Source: Mobula hypostoma
Lineage: Eukaryota
Assembly: GCF_963921235.1 (NCBI RefSeq)
Contig: NC_086097.1
Span: 202,432,001-202,496,000, forward strand
Direction: 5' to 3'
Length of the DNA: 64,000 nt
Part shown: in pieces, positions 11,318-24,235 of the stretch
Numbering within the stretch: position 1 is the stretch's first letter
Layout of the letters: each line of letters starts with the position of its first letter
The notes under the pieces: model-generated
Seen by the model: the letters and a program-made list of their open reading frames with translations, nothing else
The model's database searches: none
What the model was told of the DNA's origin: nothing
Position numbers and translations under genes: made by a program

Positions 11318-12320
11318 TAGAACAGGAATAGAACAGGAAAAAGCCCTTTAGCCCATGATGCGTATGCTGAGCATAGTAACAAATTAAATGAAACCTCTTC
11401 TATATGCATGTGATCCATGTTCCTCTATCCCTCTATATCCATGTGCCTCTCTCAAAAGCCTCTTAACCATCAATATCCTATCTGCTTCTACCCCTATGCC
11501 TGGCAGTCCGTTCCAGGCACCTGCCACACTCTGTGTGGAAGTAAAACAAACACTTGCCCTTCACAGCTCTTTTAAACTTCCCCTCTCACCTTTATATGCA
11601 TAACCTCTGGCATTTGACCTTTCTACCCTGGGGAGAAAGATTCTGACTATTTATCCCATCTCTGCCTCATAATTTTGTGAACTTCTGTCTGGTCTCCTCT
11701 GGCCTGCAGTGCCCAAAGAAAACAACACAAGTTTGTCCATCCTCATACCTTTCATTCAGGCAACTTTCTGGTAAATTATTTCTGTACTCTTTCCAAAGCC
11801 TCCACATCCTTCCTGTAATGGGACAACCAGAGTTACACACAATATTTCAAATACAACATCAGCGAAGTTTTATGTAGCCGCAAAGTGATTTCCACAAGTC
11901 AGTTTTTCAATAATATGCACAAGTACAGTGAGATATTGGTACGCTGAAAGACTAACTTGCAGCAGCATTAAGGGCATGTAGAATCAGACAAGACACAGAA
12001 GTTGTGAAACAAAAATTGTACATAAATAATGCAAAAAAAAGTTGCAAAAGAAGGCACAAGTACAAAAAAGAAGCACGATTAGAGGCAAGTCCATGGACTT
12101 TTATAATCAATGCCCAAGCTAATGAAGCCAAGCTTGCCATACATTAAATTTACTATCCTCTCCACTAACACAGCCACTTTCAGAAAACAATGGACTTCAA
12201 CCCCATGATCCCTCTGTGCATCAATAGTCCTAACATAAACCTTATATTTTCCTTTTATATTTGACCTTCCAAAGTGTAATGTGTCATATTTGCTTGGATT
12301 AAACTTCATTTTTTGCCTAT
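11318..12320 (-). mobile_element. CR1 LINE 3' fragments (with a Rex-like piece at about 11900-12100)
   Basis: atagaacaggaatagaac tail; minus ORF MKFNPSKYDTLHFGRSN. Confidence 0.7.
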
Positions 12321-12324
12321 ATCT

Positions 12325-13047
12325 TCCAATAAGATGTCAGAGTGTTTGATCGCAGCAGCTTCTATAGCAACCAAAGGTGTTATTGTCCTTTTTAAACATT
12401 TTTTACAAGATCCTGATGGACATTAACGGGTCTACCCCATTAGTGAGTTACTTGTTGGTGGAGAAATTGAAGGAGATGGACTTGGTGCAGTTTGTGCTCT
12501 TTGCCTGTGTCACAGAGGCATCAGAGGAGTCGATACAGGAAGGAAGTGTGCAGTCTAACAGATAGCAATTGTCTTAGTCACATTTCTTGTGATTGTAAGA
12601 CCCTGTTGAAGATTGTTAAAATGGAATGCTGCAAGTCCAAATCACTGATTTATTGGCGGACAGCGGGGAGCTGCGTGGTCTCGGTCGTAGGGAGGCCTCA
12701 AGCCACGCTGTCACCTATTTACAGCTGCCCAAGACAGAGGTGTCAAAATTAGTGCACTACAACAGAGGCGACATGTCGTGGTGTCCAAGCTGGAGTCGGT
12801 GCTGCCCCCGGTGTTCGCTTTGCAGAAAACAGGCTATATTGTGTTCAACTACAGACTCCTGCAACATTTATGGGCTCAGGGTCTGGAATATATTTTTTCC
12901 TGTAACTGTATTTCACTGGCATTTTATATGTGCCTTGTGTTGTGTGTGACTGATGGTACTGTGTTTTGCACCTTGGCCCTGGAGTAACACTGCTTCATTT
13001 GGCTGTATTCATATATGGCTGACTGAAGCTTAAACTTGAAATTGAAG
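12325..13047 (+). mobile_element. non-autonomous LINE-derived retroposon with (TTGAAC)-type tail
   Basis: ends ttaaacttgaaattgaa; same 3' end as 15270-15447. Confidence 0.5.
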
Positions 13048-13173
13048 AGCTGATGCTTTGAACCTGTTATACCCTTTCAGAATCTTCTTCACTGTCTGCA
13101 ACTCCACCAATCTTTGTATCATCTGCAGACTTCCTAACCTATACAGCCATATTTTTTATCCAAGTCATTTATG

Positions 13174-13685
13174 CACTCAGTGGCCACTTTACTAGCTACA
13201 CCTGTACACCTGCTCATTAATGCAAATATCCAAGCCAATTATGTGGCAGCAACACAATGCAAAAAGCTTGCCAACATGGTTCTGTTGTTCAGACCAAATA
13301 TTAGAATGGGGAAGAAATGTGATCTTAGTGACTTTGACTGTGGTTTAATTGGTGGTGCCATATGGGGTGGTTTGAGTATTTCAGAAACTGCTAATCTCCT
13401 GGGATTTTCACATACAACAGTCCCTAGAGTTTACAGAGGATGGTGCGGAAAAACAAAAGAAAATCCAGTGAGTGGTAGTTCTGTGCGTGAAAGCACCTTG
13501 TTAATGAAAGAGATCAGAGGAGTGTGACCAGACTGGTTCAAGCCAACAGGAAGGTGACATGAACTCAAATACAATGATGTTACAACATTGGTGTGCAGAA
13601 GGGCACATCATGTTGAACCTCTGCTACAACAGCAGAAACCCACACCAGGTTCCACTCCTGTACCTAATAAAGTAGCCACTGAATG
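13174..13685 (+). mobile_element. Tc1-like non-autonomous DNA transposon (internally deleted)
   Basis: TIRs cactcagtggccacttta... and ...taataaagtagccactgaatg followed by TA; residual paired-HTH MGKKCDLSDFDCGLIGGAIWGGLSISETANLLGFSHTTVPRVYRGW. Confidence 0.9.
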
Positions 13686-14184
13686 TATATATCACAGACA
13701 ATAGAAGTACCTGCACTGACCCCAACTGAACACCACTGGCACTGGACCCTCAACCAGAATATCACCCTTCCACAACCACCATCTATGGTCAAGCCAATTC
13801 TGAATCAAAACCATCAAGTTACCATGGATCACTTGCATCCTTATCATCTTGATCAGACTACTATGGAGTACCTTGTCAAATACCTTAAAATTTATAAAAT
13901 TGCTTTGGAGGCAGTCATAATACACGTAAGAACATGAGAAATAAGAACAGGAGTAAGTCGGTTGACCCTTCAAACTTGCTCCTTCAATAAGTGAGATGAT
14001 GGCATTTCTGATCTTTGGTCTTAATCCCACAGTCTTGTCCAGTGTCCACAAACTTTTAGTCCCTTATGTTTCGGTGTTGAATATACTTCATTTCAGAGCA
14101 TTTGGATAATTTCATTGATTCACAGTCTTCTGAAAGAAGAAATTTTACTCCACCTTAAATAACCATCCTTTCACCTTGGAACTC

Positions 14185-15045
14185 AAAAGTTACAGCGGGA
14201 CATTGATAGGATGCAAAACTGGGCAGAGAAGTGGCAGATGGAGTTCAATCCAGATAAGTGTGAAGTGGTTCATTTTGGTAGGTCAAATATGATGGCAGAA
14301 TATAGTATTAATGGTAAGACTCTTGGCAGTGTGGAGGATCAGAGGGATCTTGCGGTCCGAGTCCATAGGATGCTCAAAGCAGCTGCGCAGGTTGGCTCTG
14401 TGGTTAAGAAGGCATACGATGTATTGGTCTTCATCAATCGTTGAATTGAATTTAGGAGCCGAGAGGTAATGTTGCAGCTATATAGGACCCTGGTCAGATC
14501 CCACTTGGAGTACTGTGCTCAATTCTGGTCGCCTCACTACAGGAAGGATGTGGAAACCATAGAAAGGGTGCAGAGGATATTTACAAGGATGTTGCCTGGA
14601 TTGGTGAGCATGCCTTATGAAGACAGGTTGAGTGAACTCGGCCTTTTCTCCTTGGAGTGACGGAGGATGAGAGGTGACCTGATAGGGGTGTATAAGATGA
14701 TGAGAGGCATTGATCGTGTGGATAGTCAGAGGCTTTTTCCCAGGGCTGAAATGCTTGCCACAAGAAGACACAGGTTTATGGTGCTGGGGAGTTGGTACAG
14801 AGGAGATGTCAGGGGTAAGTTTTTTACTCAGAGAGTGGTGAGTGCGTGGAATGGGCTGCCGGCAACGGTGATGGAGGCGGAAACGATAGGGTCTTTTAGG
14901 AGACATTTAGATAGGTACATGGAGCTGAGTAAAATAGAGGGCTATAGGTAAGCCTGGTAATTTCCAAGGTAGGGACATGTTCAGCACAACTTTGTGGGCT
15001 GAAGGGCCTGTATTGTGCTGTAGGTTTTCTCTGTTCTATGTTCTA
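14185..15045 (+). mobile_element. CR1 LINE 3' end, 5'-truncated and fairly young, inserted in an older minus-strand CR1 (about 13925-16080)
   Basis: WAEKWQMEFNPDKCEVVHFG, LYRTLVRSHLEYCAQFWSP, RGDLIGVYK; ttctatgttcta tail. Confidence 0.93.
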
Positions 15046-17071
15046 ACTCTGTGGCTCTTCCTTGGAGAAACATCTTCAAAGTACACCCTGTCATGCCCTT
15101 TTAGATTGTTGTTTCTTTAATTTTTCTCAGCTCCAGAAAATTATTGCCTAGTCTGTTTAAATTTTTCTCATAAGGCAATGTTGGGGCTGGCCACTCCTGT
15201 TGGTATTGCCCCCTGAGGTTTGCTTGGTGGATGAACAAGCTAAACCAGGGCAACTTACCATAAATCTGCAATCATGCCACTCAGGGATGTGGACTATATA
15301 TTTTTTTCTTAGTGACTATGTTTTTCTGAAATTGTAACCTTATATGTCACTTGTGCAGTGTGCTGTTGGTAATATGTTTTGCACCTCTCCCCCGGAGGAA
15401 TTTATCTATATTCATGTCAGGTTGAATGATCATTAAACTTGAACTTAATTTCCTGATGCTTGCTGCACAGGCACATCGACAATGTAAGGACAACCAAATG
15501 TTTTTAGCACTTGATGGTCTCCCACTGTTAATTTTTTGAAACTGTTCTTACTAAATCGGATAACACCACCACATTAAATTCCGTTGATTATAATTTTGTC
15601 CGCACCCTTCCCTGTCTGTATTACTGTGCAAAACTTTTGTCCTCTTCATAAGCAGCTTGGTATCTTCAGCAAAACTGGTCACCATTGATCTAAATCACTA
15701 ATATAGATTGTAAATGGTTGAGGCTCTGGCACTGACTCCCTCGGTACCAGACTTGTTACGGATTGACAGCTGAAGATTACCCATTTATCCATATCCTTTG
15801 CTTCCTATCAGTTGGCCATTCCTTTATCCATTCCAATACACTAGAAGGACCATTTATGTAGCATCTCATGATTTTCATATGGTATTTTATTGGAGGTCTT
15901 TTTGTGTTTCAAATAACTTGCATTATTGGTTCCCTCTTAAACACTAGGCTGAAATGTCCTAAAAGAACTCCAATAAATTTTTCAATTCACTTTTGCTATG
16001 CATGATCATATTATCATTTTCTAAATAGCCTGTTACTCCTTTCTTAATAACGGATGTCAATGGTTTTGCACTGACAGATATTTGCTATCTAGACTGAAAT
16101 TCCCAATGAACTCTACTGAAATGTAGAAGAAAAATGAAGAACACGAGGTGTTTTGGGGAATATATTTATTTTTCTATTGAGTGTATAGTGAGAACTAACA
16201 TTAGAAAAGACTTCAAAGGATTGAAGAAGGTTTACCGGAATGGTACTGTATTACTAGTGATGCACGAGTGTAATGTAGAGACAGAGATGCTGGGATCATT
16301 CTTCTCAAAACCAAAGAAGGTTGGGGGGTGGTCGTTGATTGAGTTAATCAAAGGCTTTTATATTATCACTAAGAAAATAAAATATTTAGCTGATATAAGC
16401 AGGATGACAAGTCGGGAAATGATTAATTGACAGAGAACAGGAGTTTAAGGAGATTGGCAAAATCAAAGAGGGAAGAAGGATTTTTTTTACACTACCTGAA
16501 AAGCCTGAGAGAAGCTGAACCAATAATAAGTCTCAAAAAAAAATGAGGCAAATACTTGAGGGTTTAAAGCTTACGCAGCTACCTGGATAAAAAAGGGATA
16601 TATGAACTAATTGTATGTTATAGTTTGAAGAACTGGTATAAGCAAGATGCCAGAATTATCTTCTTCTGTGCTGAGACATTATAATTTTAGATAGTTCCTT
16701 AAAATAATTGCAAATAGTAGCATATGAACACTCAGTAAAGTTCTTTTGTCTAATACATTAAAGATATCAAGCCAGTTAAATAATAGAAAAAAAAACTTTA
16801 TGAAAACTGGATACTCATTCAGTAGCATTTACAGACTATATTTTTAATAAAATTTTTATTCTTCAGAGGTACTTATTGAAATCAATTATAAATCTTCAAA
16901 ACTTTACTGAGTTTTCAGAGTAGGAAATTATTAATAACAATTTGCAATACTAAACTAGTTTCGTTTTTAATTTCATTTTGCCTTCTAAAGATTGTATTTG
17001 GTGAGAGTATAATTAAGATATATTTTAGGTTCAGCTTATTATAACAATAAACTATGTTTTTTATGCCATAG

Positions 17072-17155
17072 GCCTTCAAGACCTCCTCCTAACATGAATG
17101 ACACAATGTTCTCTCATTCAGTTATAACCTCAGGAAGCCCCAGCCCAAACAAGAG
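17072..17155 (+). CDS. DTNA: alpha-dystrobrevin internal exon, 84 nt, phase 2-2
   Basis: ttttttatgccatag|G CCT...AAG AG|gtaggt; PSRPPPNMNDTMFSHSVITSGSPSPNK, homologous to human PPRPVTSMNDTLFSHSVPSSGSP. Confidence 0.94.
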
Positions 17156-18124
17156 GTAGGTCAGTCAATTCTGTGGAACTTTAAAAGGTAAGAACAAAGT
17201 AGAAAGTTAAAAATGTTGAATGTTAAGGCATGTATTGTTTGTCTTTATAATAAACACAGCAGCATTACACCTAATTGAAAATGTTGCATTTTAGTTATAT
17301 TCTTTAAATAGTTGCAGTCAAGCAGCAACATAAATGGTCACTTAACTTTTCAGAGTAGAACTGATGTTTTTTGTTAAATAGTAGCAAAATTTTGGGGTAG
17401 GAAATGTAGGACATAAATGATGTCCTAGAATAACAAAAAAACAAAGTTTTTCACGCTCTAAAGAGACAAAAATAGTACTTGATCATAAGCAGCCATTTTG
17501 AATATGATTGAATACTTGCAAAGGTACTATTTTTGTCATTTGGGATCAGAAATAAGTGAGTATTGCAAGAGAATGATATTATTTTGCAAATTACTGAACT
17601 TTAAGTTGAAGATTGCATGGAAATTGACTTAATTAAATGAATTTGACATAAGTCATTTTAAAGAGTATATAATTTCAAGTTGAAGGAACTGTTAAACTCT
17701 TAATACTTTTCCAGCACTCTGCCTGATGCAAAGACCAACATTCTTACTATCTTTATCTAACTGCAATCATGGGCACAAAAGAATGCCTCATCAAATAAGT
17801 GTTTAAGTAGTTCCCACCTTTACATTTTTACAAAAATTTCCCTTTTCCAAAATGCAAGTTCAGCTGTCGTGTTGCCTACGACATTGTATTAGTTACTTCC
17901 TTAATCCAATTACATTATTTGATCATAAGCAGTCACTAGCTGCCACTTTGAATATGATGTTCCATGTGTGATGAAGTTTATCTTGTGTACCTCTTGGAAT
18001 TTGAATTCTTTAGGATAGTTTGGGAAGATCATTTGTGCTAATAGTTTATTGTACTAAGCTTTTTCCATCTTGCCCTCTAATGCATGACATTTTTTTTTAC
18101 TACTTTTACATAAATAAAACTTAA

Positions 18125-18460
18125 GATCATAGACAGTAAAGCCTGGATAGATTGAATGTGGAGACAATGTTTCGATCAGTAGGTTTGACTAGAATATGAG
18201 GGCACAGCCCCAGACTAAAGAAGTGTCCCTATAAAACCAAGATGAGTCTTCAACCAAACAATATTGAATCTGTGGTCTGTGTTGCTGCAGTGGACAGTGT
18301 AGGCCAATTTACTGGGCGTATTTAAGGCAGAAATTGATATGTTCTTGATTGGTAAGGGAGTTGAGGCAGGAGAATGGGATTGGGAAAAATTCCACCACGA
18401 TTGAATGGCAGAGCTGATGAGATGGGGCAAATGCTTTCATTCTGCTCTAATTTCTTCTGG
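18125..18460 (+). mobile_element. old CR1 3' fragment
   Basis: ggatagattgaatgtggagacaatgtttc...gcagaaattgatatgttcttgattgg. Confidence 0.65.
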
Positions 18461-19102
18461 TCTTTGTTTCCATTTAAGTTTTAGGTGTTTTGAGGTAACA
18501 GTGGATTTGCAAACTCTCACGCAAATGAGGTGGTTTGTGGATAGTTTGTAAAGTGATGTGTTCCTTGTGCTGCTTATACTGTGTACTCCCAGTGCATGAC
18601 CTTGAGGTTTTCAAGACCATCCCAAATGCTTCTCCGTTTTAAGCAGTCATATTCCAAAAGCTTCTCCATTTTATGCAATCATATTCCAAAGGCTTCCAGA
18701 ACCCACCTTCCCAATCTCCAGCTATCTGCTTCTCTGAAACAGCCTTTTAGGCATCTCTTTGCCTTTGACATCTACAAATCCAGCTGACACCATTATAATC
18801 AAGAATTCTTTCCTTTGACCCTTCCAGCTCCATCGCCTTTTAACACAGTTTACAGACTACCTCATTTTACCAATATTTTTGTCACATCTCCAGACTCTGG
18901 CTTTAATTCACAATCTATTCAATTCTTAAAAGTTTCATTGCATTACAAAATTAAGGTAGTCATCTTTTATCATATTCTTAGTTATGGATCTTTTTGTTAC
19001 ACTGTTGAAGATTATAGATCTTACAAGGGACACACTGCAGTTAGATTATTAGAAACTCAACATAAATTGAAAAGTGACTTTGAACTCTGAACTTTAAATG
19101 AA

Positions 19103-19338
19103 GGGGAGGGAGGGAACGTCAACTCAGACCATGAGAGGCCTGTGTCAGGCATTTTCATGCCTTACAAGGCGCAGATTGGAAGTCTGTGTGAGGCGCCACT
19201 CCTTGCACAGACACTAGAGCAATGTGTGATTAAGTGCCTTGCTCAAGGACACAAACACGCTGCCACAGCTGAGGCTCAAACTAGCGACCTTCAGATCACT
19301 AGATGAACGCCTTAACCACTTGGCCACGTGCCCAACAC
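19103..19338 (-). mobile_element. tRNA-derived SINE, full length, 6-bp TSD AATGAA
   Basis: minus-strand head tgttgggcacgTGGCCAAGTGGttaagg (A box)...agtttgagcc (B-box-like), then gtgtccttgagcaaggcactta; aatgaa at 19097 and 19339. Confidence 0.85.
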
Positions 19339-19684
19339 AATGAAACATGGCCAATAAGGGTAGAATGTAATAGATGCCACAAAACCTGACCATCTACAAT
19401 TACTCCAGATTTGCTTGAGTTGTCAAATTGAATAAATGTTTTATGTTTCAACTGGAGTCAGAACACATTTTAATAATTTTTAGTCTGAATTAACATTGAT
19501 TAATGCATTTGGTTTTCCATTTTGTGTCATATATTTGAATGAAAATTTTATTTAACACATTTAAATTTCCAATAATAACTATAAATTTCAAAAGATGTTT
19601 TTTGAATAGATGTACATTGAACATTTGAAACTGTTTATTGAGAATGTGCTGTCAGACTCGCAAGCCAAAGAAAATTATAATCAT

Positions 19685-20470
19685 TCAAAGTTCAAAAGTT
19701 CAAAATACATTTATTATCAAAGTATGTGTACTCTATGTACATTTGAGATTTGTCTCCTTACAGACAGCCACAAAACAAAGAAACCCAATAGAACCCATTT
19801 AAAAAAAACACCCAATGTGCAAAGAAAAAAAGAACAAATCATGGAAACAATAAAAAGTAAGCAAATAACATTCAGAATTAAGATTCACGAAAGTAAGTTC
19901 ACAGCCACAAAGCCAGTCACAGCCAATCCAGGAGCCCGTTAGTTGCAGGATGCCTCAGTTCAGTGCAAAAGTGAGGAAGCCTCGCCAAGCAGTAAGCTGA
20001 ACACTGGCTTATCCTTTGCTCCCGGCCCTGACATCCTGACCTTTCCAATCTGGCCCAGTACTTAAACTGGCCGAACGTCAGCTCGTTCCTCACTCTGGGC
20101 CCTGGGACCTGGGCCCTGCCACCCCTCGGATGTGCCTCACCTCTGATCTGCCACTTTGAATCGGCTACAAGTCTGCTCCGGTAAAGGCCACACATTGGCT
20201 CGTTCCTCGCCCTTGGGGCTGGGCCCCACCACCTCAATTCAGCCCACGTGTGCCATGCCACAACCATCCTGCACCTTTGAAACTCCAGTTCACACCACAA
20301 AAATCCCAGGTCATACAGGCAGTTCAAAAGCTCAACTCCAAAAGGAAAGTTACTGGCTGGTGATTACAGTGATCGTTTTTCAGAAAATGTGTGATTAATA
20401 AAATAGTTTGTAGCTTTGCTTGCTGCCAGTAAGTCGTCGCTGTGTTTCACCAGCACCATCTTAAACCGGA
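19685..20470 (-). mobile_element. non-autonomous retroposon with (TTGAAC)-type tail
   Basis: plus strand begins caaagttcaaaagttcaaaatacatttatt; minus-strand 5' end tccggtttaagatggtg. Confidence 0.55.
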
Positions 20471-21468
20471 CTATTAAAAATGATCTTGCTACATATTTTA
20501 TTACTAGTTGGCATTTCAACCATCTGTACCAATGATTAATATTTATTTTCTTTATTGCTTATACATTTCAGATACATAGGACATGTGTATTTTAACTGTT
20601 ACTTGTTAGTTGGGGAGTTTGGTAGTCCCAATTGTTTCTGTGTCACAAGCTTATTGTGTCCTTCCCGGTTTATTGCACAAATTCTAGTAAGCCAAATTGT
20701 CGTTTTTAAAAATAAAAACATAGATAATACTTGTGTGTAATATTTGAATAAAAATGTGCATGCAACATGATCAACTCAATCAAAAATTTGTATGGAAGTC
20801 AAAAGAAACCTCAGCACAAAGGAATTCATGTTTTCAGGCTTCTAATTTATTTCCTGCTAAATCTCTTTTTATGTTTGGAAAATGTTATCTCTCCATCTCT
20901 CCATGGCACACTCCTTCTGTGTCCAATTATTTGATCTTGGTGGCAAGGGAAATATTGCTTCTTTTGATCTAGAAATGTGTTTCCAAGTATCTGTATAACT
21001 TTTTAAGATCTTAATTCTTGTGGGCATTCCACACTGTTAATAAAATCACAGTGCTATTTTGTACACGTAATCCTGACAACCAAAACAAATGCATCAAACC
21101 TTGTTTAATATGATAAAGCATTAGTTCTTAGATAAGAGAAAATTTTATCTCAATTCTAAAACAAATGTAGTATTTTTGGTTCAGACATAATTCACAAAAT
21201 TATTGCCCAGTATCATTTCCTTAATAAAGCATTCCCCTGACAGAGTGTCAGAAATGTTTTGTTTCGGAGATTAACAGTATGAAACCAATTTTTTTCAAAA
21301 AAAAAGTAGCATCAATCTATTTTCAGTGGGTTCCAGTGAATTGAGACATATCAGGACCAGTATATTTTGTCCCATTTAAATGGCTGTCCTAATTAGCCAA
21401 AGTTTCATGGAAGTAGTTAAAAAGGTATAAAAATGATAAACTACTGTTTAACTCAGTAACAAATTATG

Positions 21469-21995
21469 AGGTGCCCAGGGAGAAGTAGCACCTCAGGTGG
21501 AAGGGCTTGTCATGACCATTCTAGGGCGGCTCACTCACCTTTGGTCTCCATCAGACACCCACTTCTCACATCTGGCTCCAAGTAGCTGTTGGCATGTGAC
21601 AGCAGTCACACCATGGTACACCGCTTTGAGAGGCTGCTAAACCAGGTAAGGGTGGCCAGCGGGCTTCATACCCCAGTGAAATAGGGACGTGCTTGTCTCA
21701 GCATGAAAAGTCAGCTCCGGCGGACTGGCAATTTGAGATCAGCAGCGAGTTCCAACAGAAAAGAAGGCAGTTCTGCAACACTTCGTGAATGGCAAAAGGC
21801 ACAATAAGCCACAGAAGAAGACATGGTTATCTACTGCAACCAAGGAAGACCCCAGTTGTGACAACTACTCATACCACTGGACCTGGACTTCCGTAGTTGA
21901 GAGATGGAACTGTCCCACTTCAAAGGCTTTTCCAGTTTAAAAACTCTCCCACACAGGTTTTGCTGTCATTGTTGGATGCAATGGAAAACCAAGAC
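21469..21995 (+). mobile_element. GC-rich retroposon, possibly derived from an RTE-type 5'UTR
   Basis: abrupt compositional shift; ctaaaccagg(t/g) motif shared with about 15185-15255. Confidence 0.4.
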
Positions 21996-22021
21996 ATTGT
22001 CCTATTCCTTAGATTGACTAT

Positions 22022-22871
22022 TGTTACGTACCCCGTAACTGGGTTGCCAAACCAGCAGAAATGGATCACTCAGTTGGAGTCTGGATTACTAGAACTAAGA
22101 AAGTTTTATTAAAGAAACAAGCAACACAGTGCTCTAATCAAAAGGATAATAAATGCAACAGTTCAGCAATGATAAACATACATGTACACAGAATTAAGTT
22201 AACAGGATCAATCAAGCTCTATCGTTGTCTAGGGGTAAATGACCAGTTTCAAAGTGACGCGAAGTTCAGTTCAATTTAGTTCAGTTCAGTTCGCAGTAAT
22301 CGCTGCCGTGGCGATGGACAGTGGGGGGAAGGAGAGAGAGAGCAAAACAAATGAATATTCAAGGCTTCCACACAGACCTTCGCAGTCAGCTTTCGGGCGA
22401 GTCCTTTGTGATGTCATCTGAGGTCACCGACCGTGATCCCTCCGTTTCCAGATACGATCGTTTCTCTGCGGTGAACCTGGCACCCAGGCAAGGGTGGACA
22501 CACACCAGGTTCCCGCCGATCGTGCCTTTCCACCCTGTGCGTCTATGGCCCGGTACTTCCCACCGACTTGTGAGAGACGCACCGCTTCCAGGGTCTCGTT
22601 ACCTCGGGTGTCGTGTGTGTGTCCTGCCTTAGCGAACCTGTCCCTTTTTATCCCCCTGCTGGGGTATCGCCTGTCCATCACTTCAAACAGTTCAGGGTTC
22701 AAAGGGGGAGCCGATCTTGACAGCTCTCCTTCCTTCATTAACATCTCCAAATGCTGCTCCATTGTTTTCCTTATCTCTCTCTCTCCTGAAGACAGGTGGC
22801 AGACCAACTGCTGATTCCACTGGTGCCAGCACAGGACAGCTACGTCTTAATCTATGTGTATTCTTGTCACA
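22022..22871 (-). mobile_element. solo LTR (850 bp, Gypsy-like) with 4-bp TSD CTAT
   Basis: TGTTAC...GTCACA termini; ctat at 22018-22021 and 22872-22875; minus-strand AATAAA at about 22105 and a TATA-like ataaaaag at about 22645. Confidence 0.85.
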
Positions 22872-23554
22872 CTATAAATTAACAAAATTAGCACAGACAC
22901 CTAGTTACAAAGGTATAAAAAAGACAAACTACTGTTTAACTGAGCAACAAATTATATATTTAAATGAAATACAGAACAAATTAGAACACTATCAATGCTC
23001 CTAACAGTAGTATAAACAGTATTAGTTCCTAATAGTTATCGACCGAGGAATTTATCCAGTGTACGCTACTGTGTTTTTTTGATTGCCTGTAAGTGAACAA
23101 AATCAGTGTAGACACCTATGCAGATCATGGACTGCCTTCATACAATACTTTTGACGAACGTATCCTCCAAATTTTCATTTTCATTGTAACATTCAAGATG
23201 ATTGTCAATACCTTCAAATTTTTAGTGGTTCCTACTTGAAGTAGTGAACGCTCCCAGCCTTTTCTGGCATCTCCAAGCCTGAATGCTTGAAACTGTAGTG
23301 AGCAAAACAAAGAGAATCCTGGCTATTTTCTCAATTAGTTTTTCTAAGAGTTGTCTGAAATATAAAATAGCTGTTAGAGTTGAATTACACTGTCGCTACT
23401 GATCACAAGCCATTCAGCCCATAGTCCATGCTGCTGTCTGCAGGTTAGTCTAGTCAGCTTCATTCCCCACCTGTATCCTCAGAGCCCAGTGTTTATTTCA
23501 CTCAGAAGCCTTTCTAATTCTCTGATACTAGGAACTAATGGGAAAATTCACAGG

Positions 23555-23940
23555 ATCACGAGAGGCTGCAGAGTGTTGTAGGCTCGGTCAGCTCCATCAC
23601 TGACACAACCCTCCCCACTATTGAAGGCTTCTTCAAGAGGTAGTGCCTTGAGAAGGCAGCATCTGTCTTTGAAGACCCTCACCATTCGTGACATGCCCTC
23701 TTCTCATTACTACCGTCAGGGAGAAGGCAGAGGAGGCTGAAGGGTAACACTCAATCATTTGGGAACAGCTTCTTCCCTTCCACTGTCAGATTTCTAAACA
23801 AGCCATGGACACATTATTCCTTTTTTTTGCACTATTTACTTATTTTGTCATTTATAGTAATTTTCTATCTTTTCACTGTACTGCCGCAAAACAACAAGCT
23901 TCACATATTATATAAAACTCGTGAATCTGATTCTGCTTCT
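23555..23940 (+). mobile_element. Rex1/Babar-type LINE 3' end
   Basis: ccatcactgacacaaccctccccactattgaa...ttctcattactaccgtcagggagaagg; tctgattctg tail. Confidence 0.7.
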
Positions 23941-24235
23941 GAAAAATATACAAATGTGATAATTACCATCCATTGAAGTCACAGGTTTGCTGGATTTTTT
24001 AAAAATTAGTGTGCTACCCTATTTTTGTTAATGTCCGATTATTTCATGAATAAGGGCTTTGTTGTGTATTTTAGAGGTATTTTATACTCTTTGTTGAGAT
24101 GTTGGTCTGGATTTTGCAGGAGGAATGACAGAACAAATGTGATCACTGTAACTATGGAAGGAATAGAGAGCAGATTATGAGAGGCCTGGGTGATATCATA
24201 GTGGTTAGCACAATGCTTTACTGCACCAGTGAACT

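Larger units (their letters stand above)
21324..23370 (-). mobile_element. pogo/Tigger-like element fragments (21324-21468 and 22905-23370) split by younger insertions
   Basis: TIR cagtgggttccagtgaattg is complementary to the end seen at about 5633-5652; internal homology to 5085-5330. Confidence 0.7.

Noticed and set aside
6237..17071. Canonical 9-nt DTW microexon
   Set aside because: No AG-nGAYACnTG-GT pattern found by eye; it may have been missed
17715..17760. Possible dystrobrevin-3 terminal exon (ttttccag|C TLPDAKTNILTIFI*)
   Set aside because: No similarity to the mammalian C-terminus and a short pyrimidine tract; unsupported
19270..19338. tRNA gene on the minus strand
   Set aside because: It is the tRNA-derived head of a SINE with TSDs and a second copy at 58115-58361
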